Of a DNA stretch of 64,000 nt, positions 55,538-64,000 are shown in pieces; the first letter of the stretch is position 1, and the number at the start of each line of letters is the position of its first letter. This DNA is from Candidatus Yanofskybacteria bacterium (GTDB lineage Bacteria; Patescibacteriota; Minisyncoccia; 2-02-FULL-40-12; IGHO2-12-FULL-4), in the NCBI GenBank assembly GCA_016185525.1, contig JACPNK010000005.1, positions 28,473-92,472 of the forward strand, in the 5' to 3' direction. The position numbers and the translations under genes are program-made. The notes under the pieces were generated by a model. The model had not been told where the DNA came from, did not search any database, and saw nothing but the letters and a program-made list of their open reading frames with translations.

Positions 55538-56917
55538 ATGGCAACAAATCCTCCTCCTTCAAATTTACCGATAGCAAAAGATTCAGAGTCAACCCCTCAA
55601 TTGCCGCCTGTCCGTCCAGCAGACGGGCCTCTAGCTTCTTTGCCTACCCGTCCGGCCCGCCTGCCGGACGGGCAGGCAGGCGGGCCTGTATTACAACCGC
55701 CAAAACCAACGACCCCAGTTACTATTCCGATACCAGTCGTACCCAAACCTCCGCTAACCGCTACTCCACTTCCACCAATCATCACCCCTTCTGCTAAAAG
55801 TTCACCTAACACTTTGTCCCCCATCCTTCCACGACCAGTCCAACCTGGTCTAGGAACCAGCAACATTAGCGCCAAATCCTCCATTAGAACCATGGAAAGT
55901 GACATTAAATCTGTTGGTCAAGGAGCTCCGGCAAAGGGTGTTGAAGTAATCATACCCAAATCCACACCTCTACCGTCTATTGGCCAACCTGAATCTGACA
56001 GGTTACCAAAAAAGCCACTACCGCCTTCGGCAAGTGTAAGTATTGCCGGAGCAGAAAAACGTTCCGTACTTCCTAATGTCAGACCATTTATTCCAGAACA
56101 AGTCAAGGATAAGCCTGCTACATCAGCGGAAATTGCCGTACCGCCCAAAAAGACCCAAATATTCAGCCGCTGGACTCTAATTGCAATTATTGTTCTTGCG
56201 GTTTTAGGAAGCGGCGGGTACTGGTTCTACTTCTTAAGAGAAGGCGAAACTCCTGCCACCGTCTCTTCGCCGACTCCCACTTTCAAGCCCGATTTTCTTA
56301 AACCGCTAAAAACAATTTTTACCGCTAATGATTCGGTTATCATCCCCGACCTTGCTTCCATAGAAAACTTGGAACCGCTTAACTTAGCCTTATCTCAAAT
56401 AGTGATAAGCGAAGGTTCAAAAAATTTATTTTTAGAACCCAAAAATGAAGCTGAAGAACCCATAGCTTTTTCAAGCTTTGCCAGCAGATTCCTTGGCAAC
56501 TCAAACCAGAGCCTTCTTGGTAACATAACAGATAAAAGATTTGGTTTGGTAATATCGCGCCAGCAAGAAAAGTTTGACTTTCTGGGCGAACCGGTTTTGG
56601 GAGCAGAGTTGGAAACCAGAACCGCTTTGATTGTTGAGGTTACAGATGCAATTTCTGCCAAAACAGCCATGTCGGAATGGGAGCAAATCCTCCCGGAAGC
56701 TTTATTGGATTTCTTTCAGATTACAGATGAATCGGACCAAATCTCTTTTGATGACAACATATACCGAGACGTGGGTATACGATTTATGAACTTTCCTTCA
56801 CCCGACAGATCCATAGATTATGCTTTTGTTTCCTCGGCGACGGGTAGCACCTACCTTGTAATCGCTAACTCTCGTGAGCAAATATACTCAATTACCGATA
56901 CTCTTTTAGGATTTTAA
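55538..56917 (+). CDS. Pro/Thr-rich membrane-anchored protein (hypothetical)
   Basis: 459 aa; about 200 aa Pro-rich N-terminal region, one TM (WTLIAIIVLAVLGSGGYWFYFL), C-terminal globular domain. Confidence 0.45.
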   Translation: MATNPPPSNLPIAKDSESTPQLPPVRPADGPLASLPTRPARLPDGQAGGPVLQPPKPTTPVTIPIPVVPKPPLTATPLPPIITPSAKSSPNTLSPILPRPVQPGLGTSNISAKSSIRTMESDIKSVGQGAPAKGVEVIIPKSTPLPSIGQPESDRLPKKPLPPSASVSIAGAEKRSVLPNVRPFIPEQVKDKPATSAEIAVPPKKTQIFSRWTLIAIIVLAVLGSGGYWFYFLREGETPATVSSPTPTFKPDFLKPLKTIFTANDSVIIPDLASIENLEPLNLALSQIVISEGSKNLFLEPKNEAEEPIAFSSFASRFLGNSNQSLLGNITDKRFGLVISRQQEKFDFLGEPVLGAELETRTALIVEVTDAISAKTAMSEWEQILPEALLDFFQITDESDQISFDDNIYRDVGIRFMNFPSPDRSIDYAFVSSATGSTYLVIANSREQIYSITDTLLGF

Positions 56918-56921
56918 CACC

Positions 56922-56941
56922 TTATCAACACCTGTTGATAA
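56922..56941. promoter_or_regulatory. inverted pair of DnaA-box-like 9-mers TTATCAACA cc TGTTGATAA upstream of the dksA/traR-like gene
   Basis: Perfect 9 bp inverted repeat; the same 9-mer class occurs in the dnaA-dnaN spacer. Confidence 0.3.
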
Positions 56942-57122
56942 CTCTCGTTGACTTTTTTTATTTAACCTGATACCCTAAATGTAGATCTTTATCTGGTTGC
57001 CACCGCTTTTATGGGGCAACCGGTACCATTTTATTTTTAGGGCACTTGCCTGCTCAAGTAAGTTATTTTGATAGGCGATAGTGCCCTTTTTTTTGTTTTT
57101 TCTAGATTTGTGTTAACCTTAG

Positions 57123-57506
57123 TTGTTATTTATGACCAAAGATGAACAACAAAAACTTTTAGAGAGCCTGCGAAAAGAAGAAGCTGAAATCCTAACCGAA
57201 TTGGCAACTTTCGCAAAAAAAGATCCTAATACAGAGGATGACTTTATAGTCCCCTTTCCCAACGAAGGCACAGGAATTGATGAAAATGCCAGAGAAATAG
57301 AGGAGTTTGAAAGACTTAATATACTTAAAAACAATCTTGTAACCAGGCTAAGGGATGTAAGGGCTACAATCAGAAAAATCAAGGAAGGGATTTACGGCCA
57401 GTGCGAAACTTGTTCTTCAAAAATCATTTCAACCCGCTTAAAAGTCATGCCCATAGCCAGATTCTGCATAGATTGTGCCAATAAACAAAGGACTAAATCT
57501 TCATAA
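57123..57506 (+). CDS. DksA/TraR-family C4 zinc-finger regulator
   Basis: 127 aa; CETCSSKI...CIDCANKQ (CxxC-17-CxxC) after a coiled-coil region. Confidence 0.7.
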   Translation: MLFMTKDEQQKLLESLRKEEAEILTELATFAKKDPNTEDDFIVPFPNEGTGIDENAREIEEFERLNILKNNLVTRLRDVRATIRKIKEGIYGQCETCSSKIISTRLKVMPIARFCIDCANKQRTKSS

Positions 57507-57517
57507 TAGAAAAAGTT

Positions 57518-59059
57518 ATGTCTGTGGTTGTTTCATCGGCCGCTCTAAGCGGTTTGGAGGCTGTAAAAATTGATGTAGAAGTTGATTCTTTTCCCGGTTT
57601 ACATTTTTTCAATATCGTTGGTCTACCGGACAAAAGCGTTGAAGAGTCAAAAGATAGGCTGGACTCAGCTATTAGAAATAGCGGTCTTGTTAACCCAAAA
57701 TCTAAAAATTTAAGAATAATAGTCAATCTGGCCCCGGCAAATATAAAAAAAGAGGGCTCGTCGTTTGACCTGCCAATTACCATAGGTTATCTGGCCGCAA
57801 CGTCACAAATTAAGTTAGACCCAAAGAAAGCTCGCCTTTTTGCAGGCGAGCTTTCTTTGGATGGCTCTTTAAGACCAGTCAATGGTATTCTGTCCATGGC
57901 AATTTTGGCCCATAAAATGGGCTTTTATGAGATCTTGGTACCCAAATCAAACGCCAAAGAAGCGGCACTGGTCAACAACATAAAAGTTGTTGGTGTGAAT
58001 AACTTGAAAGAACTAGTTTCATACCTAAAAAGTGAGATTGAAATTGAGCCTGAAAAACAAACTCCGTGGAATCAAGTTGGTCACAATAATCAGGAAAGTG
58101 ACTATGACTTTGCAAATATTAAAGGTCAGGAAGGGGCAAAAAGAGCCCTTTTGGTAGCCGCGGCAGGCGGACACAATATTTTGATGTTTGGACCACCGGG
58201 GTCAGGAAAAACAATACTGGCAAGGGCTTTAGCCACAATTTTGCCTTCCATGAGCCGTGAAGAAGCCATAGATGTCACGAAAATATACAGTGTTGCCGGT
58301 TTAACCAAAGAAAAACCATTCATAAACCAAAGACCGTTCAGAAGCCCGCACCACACTGTTTCAGCCCCAGGAATCATAGGCGGAGGTTCTATCCCCCATC
58401 CTGGAGAAATCAGCTTGGCGCACCGAGGAGTGCTTTTTCTGGACGAACTGCCGGAATTTCAAAGAAATGTATTAGAATCCCTAAGACAGCCTCTAGAGGA
58501 GGGCTGTGTTACAGTTGCCAGAGCCTCCGGTTCAAGCCATTTTCCGGCAAGATTTATGCTTGTAGCCTCCATGAACCCCTGCCCTTGCGGAAATTTTGGC
58601 AGTGAGACAGAAGTCTGTCTTTGCCCGCCAGTAAATGTTGTCCGATATAAGAAAAAAATCTCCGGCCCGCTTTTAGACCGGATAGATATTCAGTTTTATG
58701 TTTCGCGCGAAACATTTGCTAATCTTAAAGACACCAATTCTTCAGAATCTTCGTTAGAATTAAGGAAAAAGGTTGAAAAAGCAAGAGAAATTCAGGCCGA
58801 AAGACTAAAAAAATTTAACATTCTCACTAATTCCGAAGTTAGTTTTAAGAACGTACAAAAAATTTGTAATTTGACACCGGAAGCAGAATTAATACTCGGC
58901 AGATTTGTTGAAAAACATGGAATTTCGGGCAGGGGCTATCACCGAATGTTAAAAATAAGCCGGACGATAGCCGATTTAGAGAATAGCAACACTATAACCG
59001 CCAATCATATTAAAGAAGCGGTTAGTTTTAGACTTCATGATCTAGGGAAAATGTCATAG
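57518..59059 (+). CDS. comM: YifB/ComM-family Mg-chelatase-like AAA+ ATPase
   Basis: 513 aa; Lon-like N-terminal domain, Walker A GPPGSGKT, Walker B VLFLDELPEF, C-terminal domain. Confidence 0.85.
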   Translation: MSVVVSSAALSGLEAVKIDVEVDSFPGLHFFNIVGLPDKSVEESKDRLDSAIRNSGLVNPKSKNLRIIVNLAPANIKKEGSSFDLPITIGYLAATSQIKLDPKKARLFAGELSLDGSLRPVNGILSMAILAHKMGFYEILVPKSNAKEAALVNNIKVVGVNNLKELVSYLKSEIEIEPEKQTPWNQVGHNNQESDYDFANIKGQEGAKRALLVAAAGGHNILMFGPPGSGKTILARALATILPSMSREEAIDVTKIYSVAGLTKEKPFINQRPFRSPHHTVSAPGIIGGGSIPHPGEISLAHRGVLFLDELPEFQRNVLESLRQPLEEGCVTVARASGSSHFPARFMLVASMNPCPCGNFGSETEVCLCPPVNVVRYKKKISGPLLDRIDIQFYVSRETFANLKDTNSSESSLELRKKVEKAREIQAERLKKFNILTNSEVSFKNVQKICNLTPEAELILGRFVEKHGISGRGYHRMLKISRTIADLENSNTITANHIKEAVSFRLHDLGKMS

Positions 59060-59215
59060 CGCCAAAATTTGGCGCTAGTGCCATTTGGCACAGCGGTGGC
59101 GCGCCACTGCGCCATCCTCCGCCAACACTGCGCCACTTGGCGCGCTATGTGGCGCTCTGTTTGGCACAGTGGCGCTACTACCGGCGGCGCTAACTTGACA
59201 CGAGTGATTGGGGAA
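59060..59215. repeat. GC-rich degenerate tandem repeat (TGGCGC / TTGGCACAG units)
   Basis: gcgccaaaatttggcgctagtgccatttggcacagcggtggcgcgccactgcgcc...tgtttggcacagtggcgctactaccggcggcgc. Confidence 0.35.
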
Positions 59216-59239
59216 TTTTAGTAAATATTGCTTCTGGGT

Positions 59240-59400
59240 CGCTGTGAAGTTGCAAAGGCGAAGTTTCTTAGCCGGTGCTTTAGCCCGAATAGAATCGCCT
59301 GAGGGTTGCTTGGTTGCGAGCAGTTTAGCCGGAGGACAGTCCTCCGTTTGAGAAAAGAAGCAGCATCTCTAGGTTTTTGTAGAATGTTTCGTGCGAAACA
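59240..59400. repeat. left inverted-repeat flank of the M23 peptidase gene, includes a family A palindrome at 59331-59345
   Basis: gagggttgcttggttgcgagcag (59300-59322) is the reverse complement of 60790-60812. gtttcgtgcgaaac pairs with gtttcgcgcgaaac at 60843. Confidence 0.45.
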
Positions 59401-60489
59401 CTAATACTTTGCCAGAGGGTTTTTGGCGCCGTGAACTTCAAAATGCAGGTGGCAGCCGGTAGAGCGTCCGGTTGTGCCCATAACAGCTATCTGCTGGCCT
59501 TTCTCTATTGATTCTCCTTGATTTACAAGGAGTTTGCTGGCATGAGCATAAATTGTTTCTGTGCCATTTGGGTGCACAAGTTTTATAAATTTACCAAACC
59601 CGCCATTCCAGCCGACAGCATCTGATATGGCCGCGACACCACCAGCCGCCGCGTAAATTGGCGTCCCGCAGCTATTGGCTATATCTACGCCATTTCTGCC
59701 GTGTATAATCCCCCAGTTTCTGCCGATAGCCGGAAGCATAAAAAAATCACTTAAATCGGGCAGATAAGCAAATCTTTTGGCTAAGGCTTGGCTTCCGGAG
59801 ACAGCAATACCACTAGATGACTTTTTGCCGTCAGGAATAATTAATTCGTCGTCAATTTGCAGTGAGCCGTCCTTGGGTAAAGCGTTAAATTCAATGATTT
59901 TGTCCTGTTCAGCTGCATATTTTTGGGCGACAGAAGTGATTGTATCTCCCTTTTTAACTTTGTGTATAACCCCATTTATGGGCGGTATTTTAAGCTCGTC
60001 ACCCGGCCTGATACTGTCAATATCCTTTAAATTATTGGCCCAGATAATAGTGTTTGTGCTGACACCAAAGTCAGAAGCAATAAAAGAAAGCGTATCGCCT
60101 TCCTGTACGGTGTAAATTGAAATTTGATCTCCCTTGCCCGAACCCTTAAAATCCGAAAAGTTATTTTCCAAAGAGTTAAAAGCCAGAAGAGAAGTCTGTT
60201 GCAAAGTGTTAACCGGACTTATTAAAAAATTTTGAGACTCCAAACTAATAAAAGAAGCCCAACTGTTGGCTTCTGCTAACTGCATTTTGCTTAGAATCTT
60301 TGAGGAAAGAGCCGATTCTTCAACATAATCCTTGACGGAATTAATTGATGTTTCGTCTTGGCCGTAAGTCAAAGAACCTCTGGCAAAAATCAACTGGCTG
60401 GAAAGAAAAACTGCTAAAAACAAAAAGAAAACGTCTTTTTGGCAAAAAGATTTAAAAACCCTTATCTTGTCCTCTTTGACTCGGACCAA
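59401..60489 (-). CDS. M23-family peptidase with two LysM domains
   Basis: 362 aa; LysM (YTVQEGDTLSFIAS...; HKVKKGDTITSVAQ); M23 core (HGRNGVDIA...GTTGRSTGCHLHFEV). Confidence 0.8.
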   Translation of the reverse strand: MVRVKEDKIRVFKSFCQKDVFFLFLAVFLSSQLIFARGSLTYGQDETSINSVKDYVEESALSSKILSKMQLAEANSWASFISLESQNFLISPVNTLQQTSLLAFNSLENNFSDFKGSGKGDQISIYTVQEGDTLSFIASDFGVSTNTIIWANNLKDIDSIRPGDELKIPPINGVIHKVKKGDTITSVAQKYAAEQDKIIEFNALPKDGSLQIDDELIIPDGKKSSSGIAVSGSQALAKRFAYLPDLSDFFMLPAIGRNWGIIHGRNGVDIANSCGTPIYAAAGGVAAISDAVGWNGGFGKFIKLVHPNGTETIYAHASKLLVNQGESIEKGQQIAVMGTTGRSTGCHLHFEVHGAKNPLAKY

Positions 60490-60689
60490 CTTAGCGATAA
60501 TTTGAGCCGTAAAAGAGAAAGCTTTTTTTATGCGAGTACCAATGTTAAAGTTGTTATAGAATCGGCTACAACAGAGAAAAACTATATTTTAAAGCAAAAA
60601 TTCTCTGACGAGAATCACTTGATAATTGTAGTATTTTGAGGCTTTTATGTCAAAAAGTTGTCCACTGACGAGCTTGGCAAATACCGCTT

Positions 60690-60870
60690 CTTTGGTACGT
60701 TCGTCTGCTCCTGCCTGCCTGCCGGCAGGCAGGCGGCAGACTCACTCGCGCTGAAGTTGGGGTTTGCTCGCAGTTATAAGAATAATTATACTGCTCGCAA
60801 CCAAGCAACCCTCAACTTCAGAGCGACCGCAGAAGCGTGGAAGTTTCGCGCGAAACGCTACAACTAAAAA
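60690..60870. repeat. right inverted-repeat flank of the M23 gene, includes the family B palindrome CCTGCCTGCCGGCAGGCAGG (60709-60728)
   Basis: ctgctcgcaaccaagcaaccctc is the reverse complement of 59300-59322. The segment also carries a perfect 20 nt GC-rich palindrome. Confidence 0.45.
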
Positions 60871-60874
60871 ACAT

Positions 60875-60949
60875 AAAATTTGTAAATATGTCTCTTTTGC
60901 AGTTGACGGCGACAGTCCGACACAAAAAAGAGATATATTTACAAATTTT
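60875..60949. repeat. long hairpin (24 bp stem with one mismatch, about 25 nt loop) upstream of yraN
   Basis: aaaatttgtaaatatgtctctttt...aaaagagatatatttacaaatttt; the loop contains gacagtcc, half of the family A core. Confidence 0.45.
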
Positions 60950-60971
60950 GTAGTCACAGGTTGCAACAGAT

Positions 60972-61355
60972 ATGTCTAACGATAACAAAAAAATTGGTTT
61001 TCTGGGTGAGAATATCGCCGCCAAATACTTGGAAAGCAGGGGATATAGAATACTCGCCAGAAATTATCAAAAACCTTGGGGCGAGATAGACATCATCGCA
61101 GAAAAGGAAGGAGTAACTATCTTTTGCGAGGTCAAAACGAACAGTAAAGAATTTGGAAGCAGTTTTAGCCCGGAATTAAGGGTAAGCCCCAAAAAAGCCG
61201 GCCATATTATCAGAACTGCCAGACTTTTTTTAAACAATCAAAAGCAAAACAATGGAAAAGAGTGGCGAATTGACATCTTGTCTATAACAGTCAATAAACT
61301 TGACAGTAAGGCAAAGGTATTGCACTTTAAAAATGCTTTAGCGGATTCTCGTTGA
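60972..61355 (+). CDS. YraN-family (UPF0102) endonuclease-like protein
   Basis: 127 aa; GENIAAKYLESRGYRILARNYQ...GEIDIIA...VEVK (PD-(D/E)xK-like). Confidence 0.75.
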   Translation: MSNDNKKIGFLGENIAAKYLESRGYRILARNYQKPWGEIDIIAEKEGVTIFCEVKTNSKEFGSSFSPELRVSPKKAGHIIRTARLFLNNQKQNNGKEWRIDILSITVNKLDSKAKVLHFKNALADSR

Positions 61356-61510
61356 CAAAACGGTTGACATCCAGAAAAACTAAGAATATGCTTGGTCAAG
61401 ACTACTGAAAAGAAAAGGGCAAATCCCAACAAAAAGCGGGGTTTTCGACTCTATTCCTAAGTAGATTGTGTTGTTCTTTGACAACATTTTTCTAACACTG
61501 GGTACTAGAA

Positions 61511-63256
61511 TTGAAAACTCTGTTTTTTGTTTGTGCAAAGGAAGGAGGAAAAATGAGACGCTTTTCGCTGGTTTTATGCTTGTCTGTCATTTTACTGACG
61601 GCCTGCGGGAAAAGTGTCCACCTTCCCGCTCCCGGACCCGAAAAAGAAAAACAAACGCAAGAACAAAAAGAAATAGCCAAACAAAAAAACTCTTTCTTAA
61701 ATAAACTCAACTCTTTGGAAAAGAGTTATCACCGCATAAATGGCAAGATGCTGGAAAAGAGAAGCAGGGGATACAACACTGCCGAGGCCGAAGCTATTTT
61801 GAGTGCTATACAAAAGAGTTTGTCCGAAGCCAAAGATTTGGCTTATTGGGAAAATTTTGAAGAGCTTAAGCTGAAAATTGAAGAGATAAAAATACTGGCT
61901 AAAAAGGCCGACTCTTTAATTAAATCAGCCCCCGAATTTGGCGATAAACCTATAAAAAAAGAGAAGATACAAAGAAAATACGGACTTGACGACCGAGAGC
62001 GGGTTAGAGAAATAAGAGGGGAGCCGGACAAGTTTAATAAGCATATCCGAACGCCATCAAGAGTTACACTTAGGATTTCCAACCCCACGCCGATGCTAAC
62101 CAGTTCTAACTGCTGGAGCGACTTTACACAGACTTTTGTGATAGAGAGTCCGCCGAATGTAGAAAGCTGGTATTATCCGGAAGATCAAATGCTCTATATT
62201 TTTATTGAGACCAACTCAATTGTTGACCAATTTATGTTAAGCAATGAGTTGCCAGATTCGGAAAGAGACAGACTGCTTGCCCAACTCTGCGTTGTGCAAA
62301 GTTACTCCGGGTACAAGCTTATCTATGCTGACGCACCGAAAACCGACGTCGGCCAAATCTTAGAACAGGTTTTTGGCGGAGCTTATCGTAGCGCTGATAT
62401 GTTTGGGGTTGGTGCTTTGGACCGTCTGGCTAAAGCCACAGCCGTTTTGCCTGACCTTTCCGTAGCTTCTGTAGCTTTCAATACCAAACTAGAGCCGCTT
62501 AATAGACAACAAAAGGAAGAGTTTGACAAGTTTACTGAATTTATAAACACTATTGATCCGGCCGTAGCCAATTTTTTGGCAGAGAACGAGGTTATCAGAA
62601 AATCTGACGAACCGGAAAATATAAAAGACAAAAAGACGAGAGAATTAATGAGTCGGCAATCCGTCAAAACAAAGAAGGCTCTTGAAGCTGTAAACAGGGT
62701 CTTTAAATGGCAAAGGACACTTGACCCTGAACTAAAAGATATTGAGCGCCTAACCAAGCTTTTTCCTGAAAAAGAAAAGGAAATTAAAGAGATTTTGGAA
62801 TTATTCAGCCAAAGTCTGGCCGGTTTATCTGACCAGTTTGAAGATCTCCGCAAAGAACTTCTGAAATTCAAAAACAGCGGTTTTTTGGAGCTGATTTTTC
62901 AAAAAGATTACCCGCCAGCGACCTTTTTTCTGCTGGAGGGCGTGCGTTTTGAAGAAAAAGAACTTGCCAACGGAGAAGTTGTTGAATTGCCTGACCTATC
63001 GGTAAAAATTACAATTGAATTAAAAACGAGCAAGAAAGAACCGCCAATACTGGTTAAAGAAATGCCGGAAATTAAAATTTCCACAGCTAACCAGTTTATA
63101 AACGCGGTCAGAGAATCGCGCCGTTTAACCAGTTTCGGTTTAACTTTTCCGACAACTCTTAATCCAGGAAACTATCTGATTACTTTTTTAATTAGCGACA
63201 ATCTAAGGGCAAAAACAGTCAAGCAAACCGTTAACTGGATAGTTTTACCCGATTAA
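61511..63256 (+). CDS. lipoprotein (hypothetical)
   Basis: 581 aa; signal peptide with lipobox LLTAC. Confidence 0.5.
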   Translation: MKTLFFVCAKEGGKMRRFSLVLCLSVILLTACGKSVHLPAPGPEKEKQTQEQKEIAKQKNSFLNKLNSLEKSYHRINGKMLEKRSRGYNTAEAEAILSAIQKSLSEAKDLAYWENFEELKLKIEEIKILAKKADSLIKSAPEFGDKPIKKEKIQRKYGLDDRERVREIRGEPDKFNKHIRTPSRVTLRISNPTPMLTSSNCWSDFTQTFVIESPPNVESWYYPEDQMLYIFIETNSIVDQFMLSNELPDSERDRLLAQLCVVQSYSGYKLIYADAPKTDVGQILEQVFGGAYRSADMFGVGALDRLAKATAVLPDLSVASVAFNTKLEPLNRQQKEEFDKFTEFINTIDPAVANFLAENEVIRKSDEPENIKDKKTRELMSRQSVKTKKALEAVNRVFKWQRTLDPELKDIERLTKLFPEKEKEIKEILELFSQSLAGLSDQFEDLRKELLKFKNSGFLELIFQKDYPPATFFLLEGVRFEEKELANGEVVELPDLSVKITIELKTSKKEPPILVKEMPEIKISTANQFINAVRESRRLTSFGLTFPTTLNPGNYLITFLISDNLRAKTVKQTVNWIVLPD

Positions 63257-63261
63257 CCGAG

Positions 63262-63291
63262 GCCGAGGCTTTACAGCCTCTTTTTTTTGTG
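63262..63291 (+). terminator. rho-independent terminator
   Basis: gaggctttacagcctc followed by a T8 run. Confidence 0.5.
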
Positions 63292-63328
63292 TTAATTTTT
63301 GCCAAGAACTTTAAAAAAGGAGAGATAA

Positions 63329-63979
63329 TTGAAACCACATACCAAAATCATTATTACTTTCTTAACTGTAATATTTGTTTTTAACTCTGGAATTTTCACC
63401 AAACCTTCTTTTGCGGCCAGTAAGTCGCAAGAAAGCCCACAACAAGAACCGGTGGCGATGACGATTAAGATAGTGGACGGTTTTTTCCATCACCTAGATT
63501 TGGAAAAAAAACTGATGTATGTCGCCATAGACAAAGATGGCAAAGTGCTTCAAAGCATCAATCTTCGCCAAATAGAATCCGTGTATCTCATCCAAGGCAG
63601 ACCGGAAAAACTCAAAGGGCTTTTAACCGGCGGTTCAATTGGGGCTGTTATCGGTTTTTCGTCTTTGTTTTGGCGAGACGTAGTCGGCCTTAACAAAAAC
63701 GACAAGACCACAGAAACCGCTGATAAAAATGGCAACAGAATTAATATCGCTGACTTAGCAATAAGAATCGGCGGCGGAGCGGGAGTCGGTCTCTTGGTCG
63801 GCTATTTCGGAAGGCAAGGCGAAGACGACATAAGACCTTTTCCTGTCTATGACCCGAGTATAAAACAAACTAACCCGCATCCCAGCATTAACTTTGGCGA
63901 TATTGGAAACTTATCAAAAATGCTTAGAGAGAAAGAATCTTTTGTCCATGTTACCCTGAAAGAAAGAGAAGAAAAATGA
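63329..63979 (+). CDS. secreted protein with central hydrophobic/Gly-rich segment (hypothetical)
   Basis: 216 aa; signal peptide. Confidence 0.4.
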   Translation: MKPHTKIIITFLTVIFVFNSGIFTKPSFAASKSQESPQQEPVAMTIKIVDGFFHHLDLEKKLMYVAIDKDGKVLQSINLRQIESVYLIQGRPEKLKGLLTGGSIGAVIGFSSLFWRDVVGLNKNDKTTETADKNGNRINIADLAIRIGGGAGVGLLVGYFGRQGEDDIRPFPVYDPSIKQTNPHPSINFGDIGNLSKMLREKESFVHVTLKEREEK

Positions 63980-64000
63980 GAAAAAGCTTGAAATTGTGCG

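Noticed and set aside
57045-57100. Terminator after the Pro-rich gene (agggcact...agtgccc plus T-run)
   Set aside because: The 8 bp stem encloses a loop of about 40 nt, atypical for an intrinsic terminator, so it was not annotated as a feature.
1-64000. CRISPR arrays, rRNA genes, prophage structural genes, transposase genes
   Set aside because: No spaced direct-repeat arrays, no rRNA-like conserved blocks, and no transposase or phage capsid/terminase signatures were seen. The mobile content is limited to inteins, short repeats and a tyrosine recombinase.

Overview
This 64 kb window looks like a chromosomal origin-proximal segment of a small, AT-rich bacterial genome. The composition (about 40% GC), the many short hypothetical membrane or secreted proteins, a type IV pilus ATPase, several C34-anticodon tRNAs and two inteins suggest a Patescibacteria/CPR-like organism, but that placement is an inference. 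Housekeeping content includes partial cysteine desulfurase, tig, nusA, pilB, ruvB, comEA, yebC, ruvC, tyrS, a class A PBP, dnaA-dnaN-DUF721 (DciA-like) with an AT-rich oriC-like spacer carrying DnaA-box-like sites, divergent rpmH-rnpA-yidD-yidC-jag, ksgA, a UvrD/PcrA helicase, a CCA-adding enzyme, seven tRNAs, rpsO and pnp, a DksA/TraR zinc finger and comM/yifB. Four accessory or unusual parts stand out. (1) From about 17.7 to 29.3 kb an operon on the minus strand encodes a VirB4/TrbE-family ATPase whose P-loop is split by a roughly 656 aa intein carrying a LAGLIDADG homing endonuclease. Around it lie small 2-TM and soluble proteins, a 691 aa polytopic VirB6/TrbL-like membrane protein, a Cys-rich secreted protein, a Ca-binding Asp-repeat protein and a TolB-like propeller, so this is a candidate type-IV-secretion-like apparatus. 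Next to it sits a four-helix-bundle (23S-IVS-type) gene flanked by CTAG-rich inverted repeats. (2) The UvrD/PcrA helicase carries a second intein, in helicase motif III. (3) The normally adjacent rpsO-pnp pair is separated by about 6 kb. This inserted DNA holds an NYN-domain gene, an ECF sigma factor with a DUF4349-like partner, and a segmentally duplicated array. In the array three type II toxin-antitoxin modules (antitoxin plus a degraded relE, hicBA, antitoxin plus an intact relE) alternate with three paralogous proteins. The paralogs share a prepilin-like MK(N)QKGF leader that lacks Glu5 and an invariant C-terminal TFKFIK, and about 30 bp of junction DNA is conserved between units. A tyrosine recombinase lies just upstream. 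(4) The window carries several families of short repeats unusual for an AT-rich genome. There is a 146 bp MITE-like element with 15 bp terminal inverted repeats, present twice in inverted orientation at 31.7 kb and 45.5 kb. A 13 to 17 nt palindrome GAGGACWGTCCTC occurs at four loci, once in frame inside the lnt coding sequence. A GC-rich palindrome CCTGCCTGCCGGCAGGCAGG occurs at three loci. Inverted repeats and a GC-rich tandem repeat flank an M23/LysM peptidase gene. No CRISPR array or rRNA was seen. Coordinates of features not on the ORF track (tRNAs, rpmH, inteins, repeats) were counted by hand and may be off by one or two bases.
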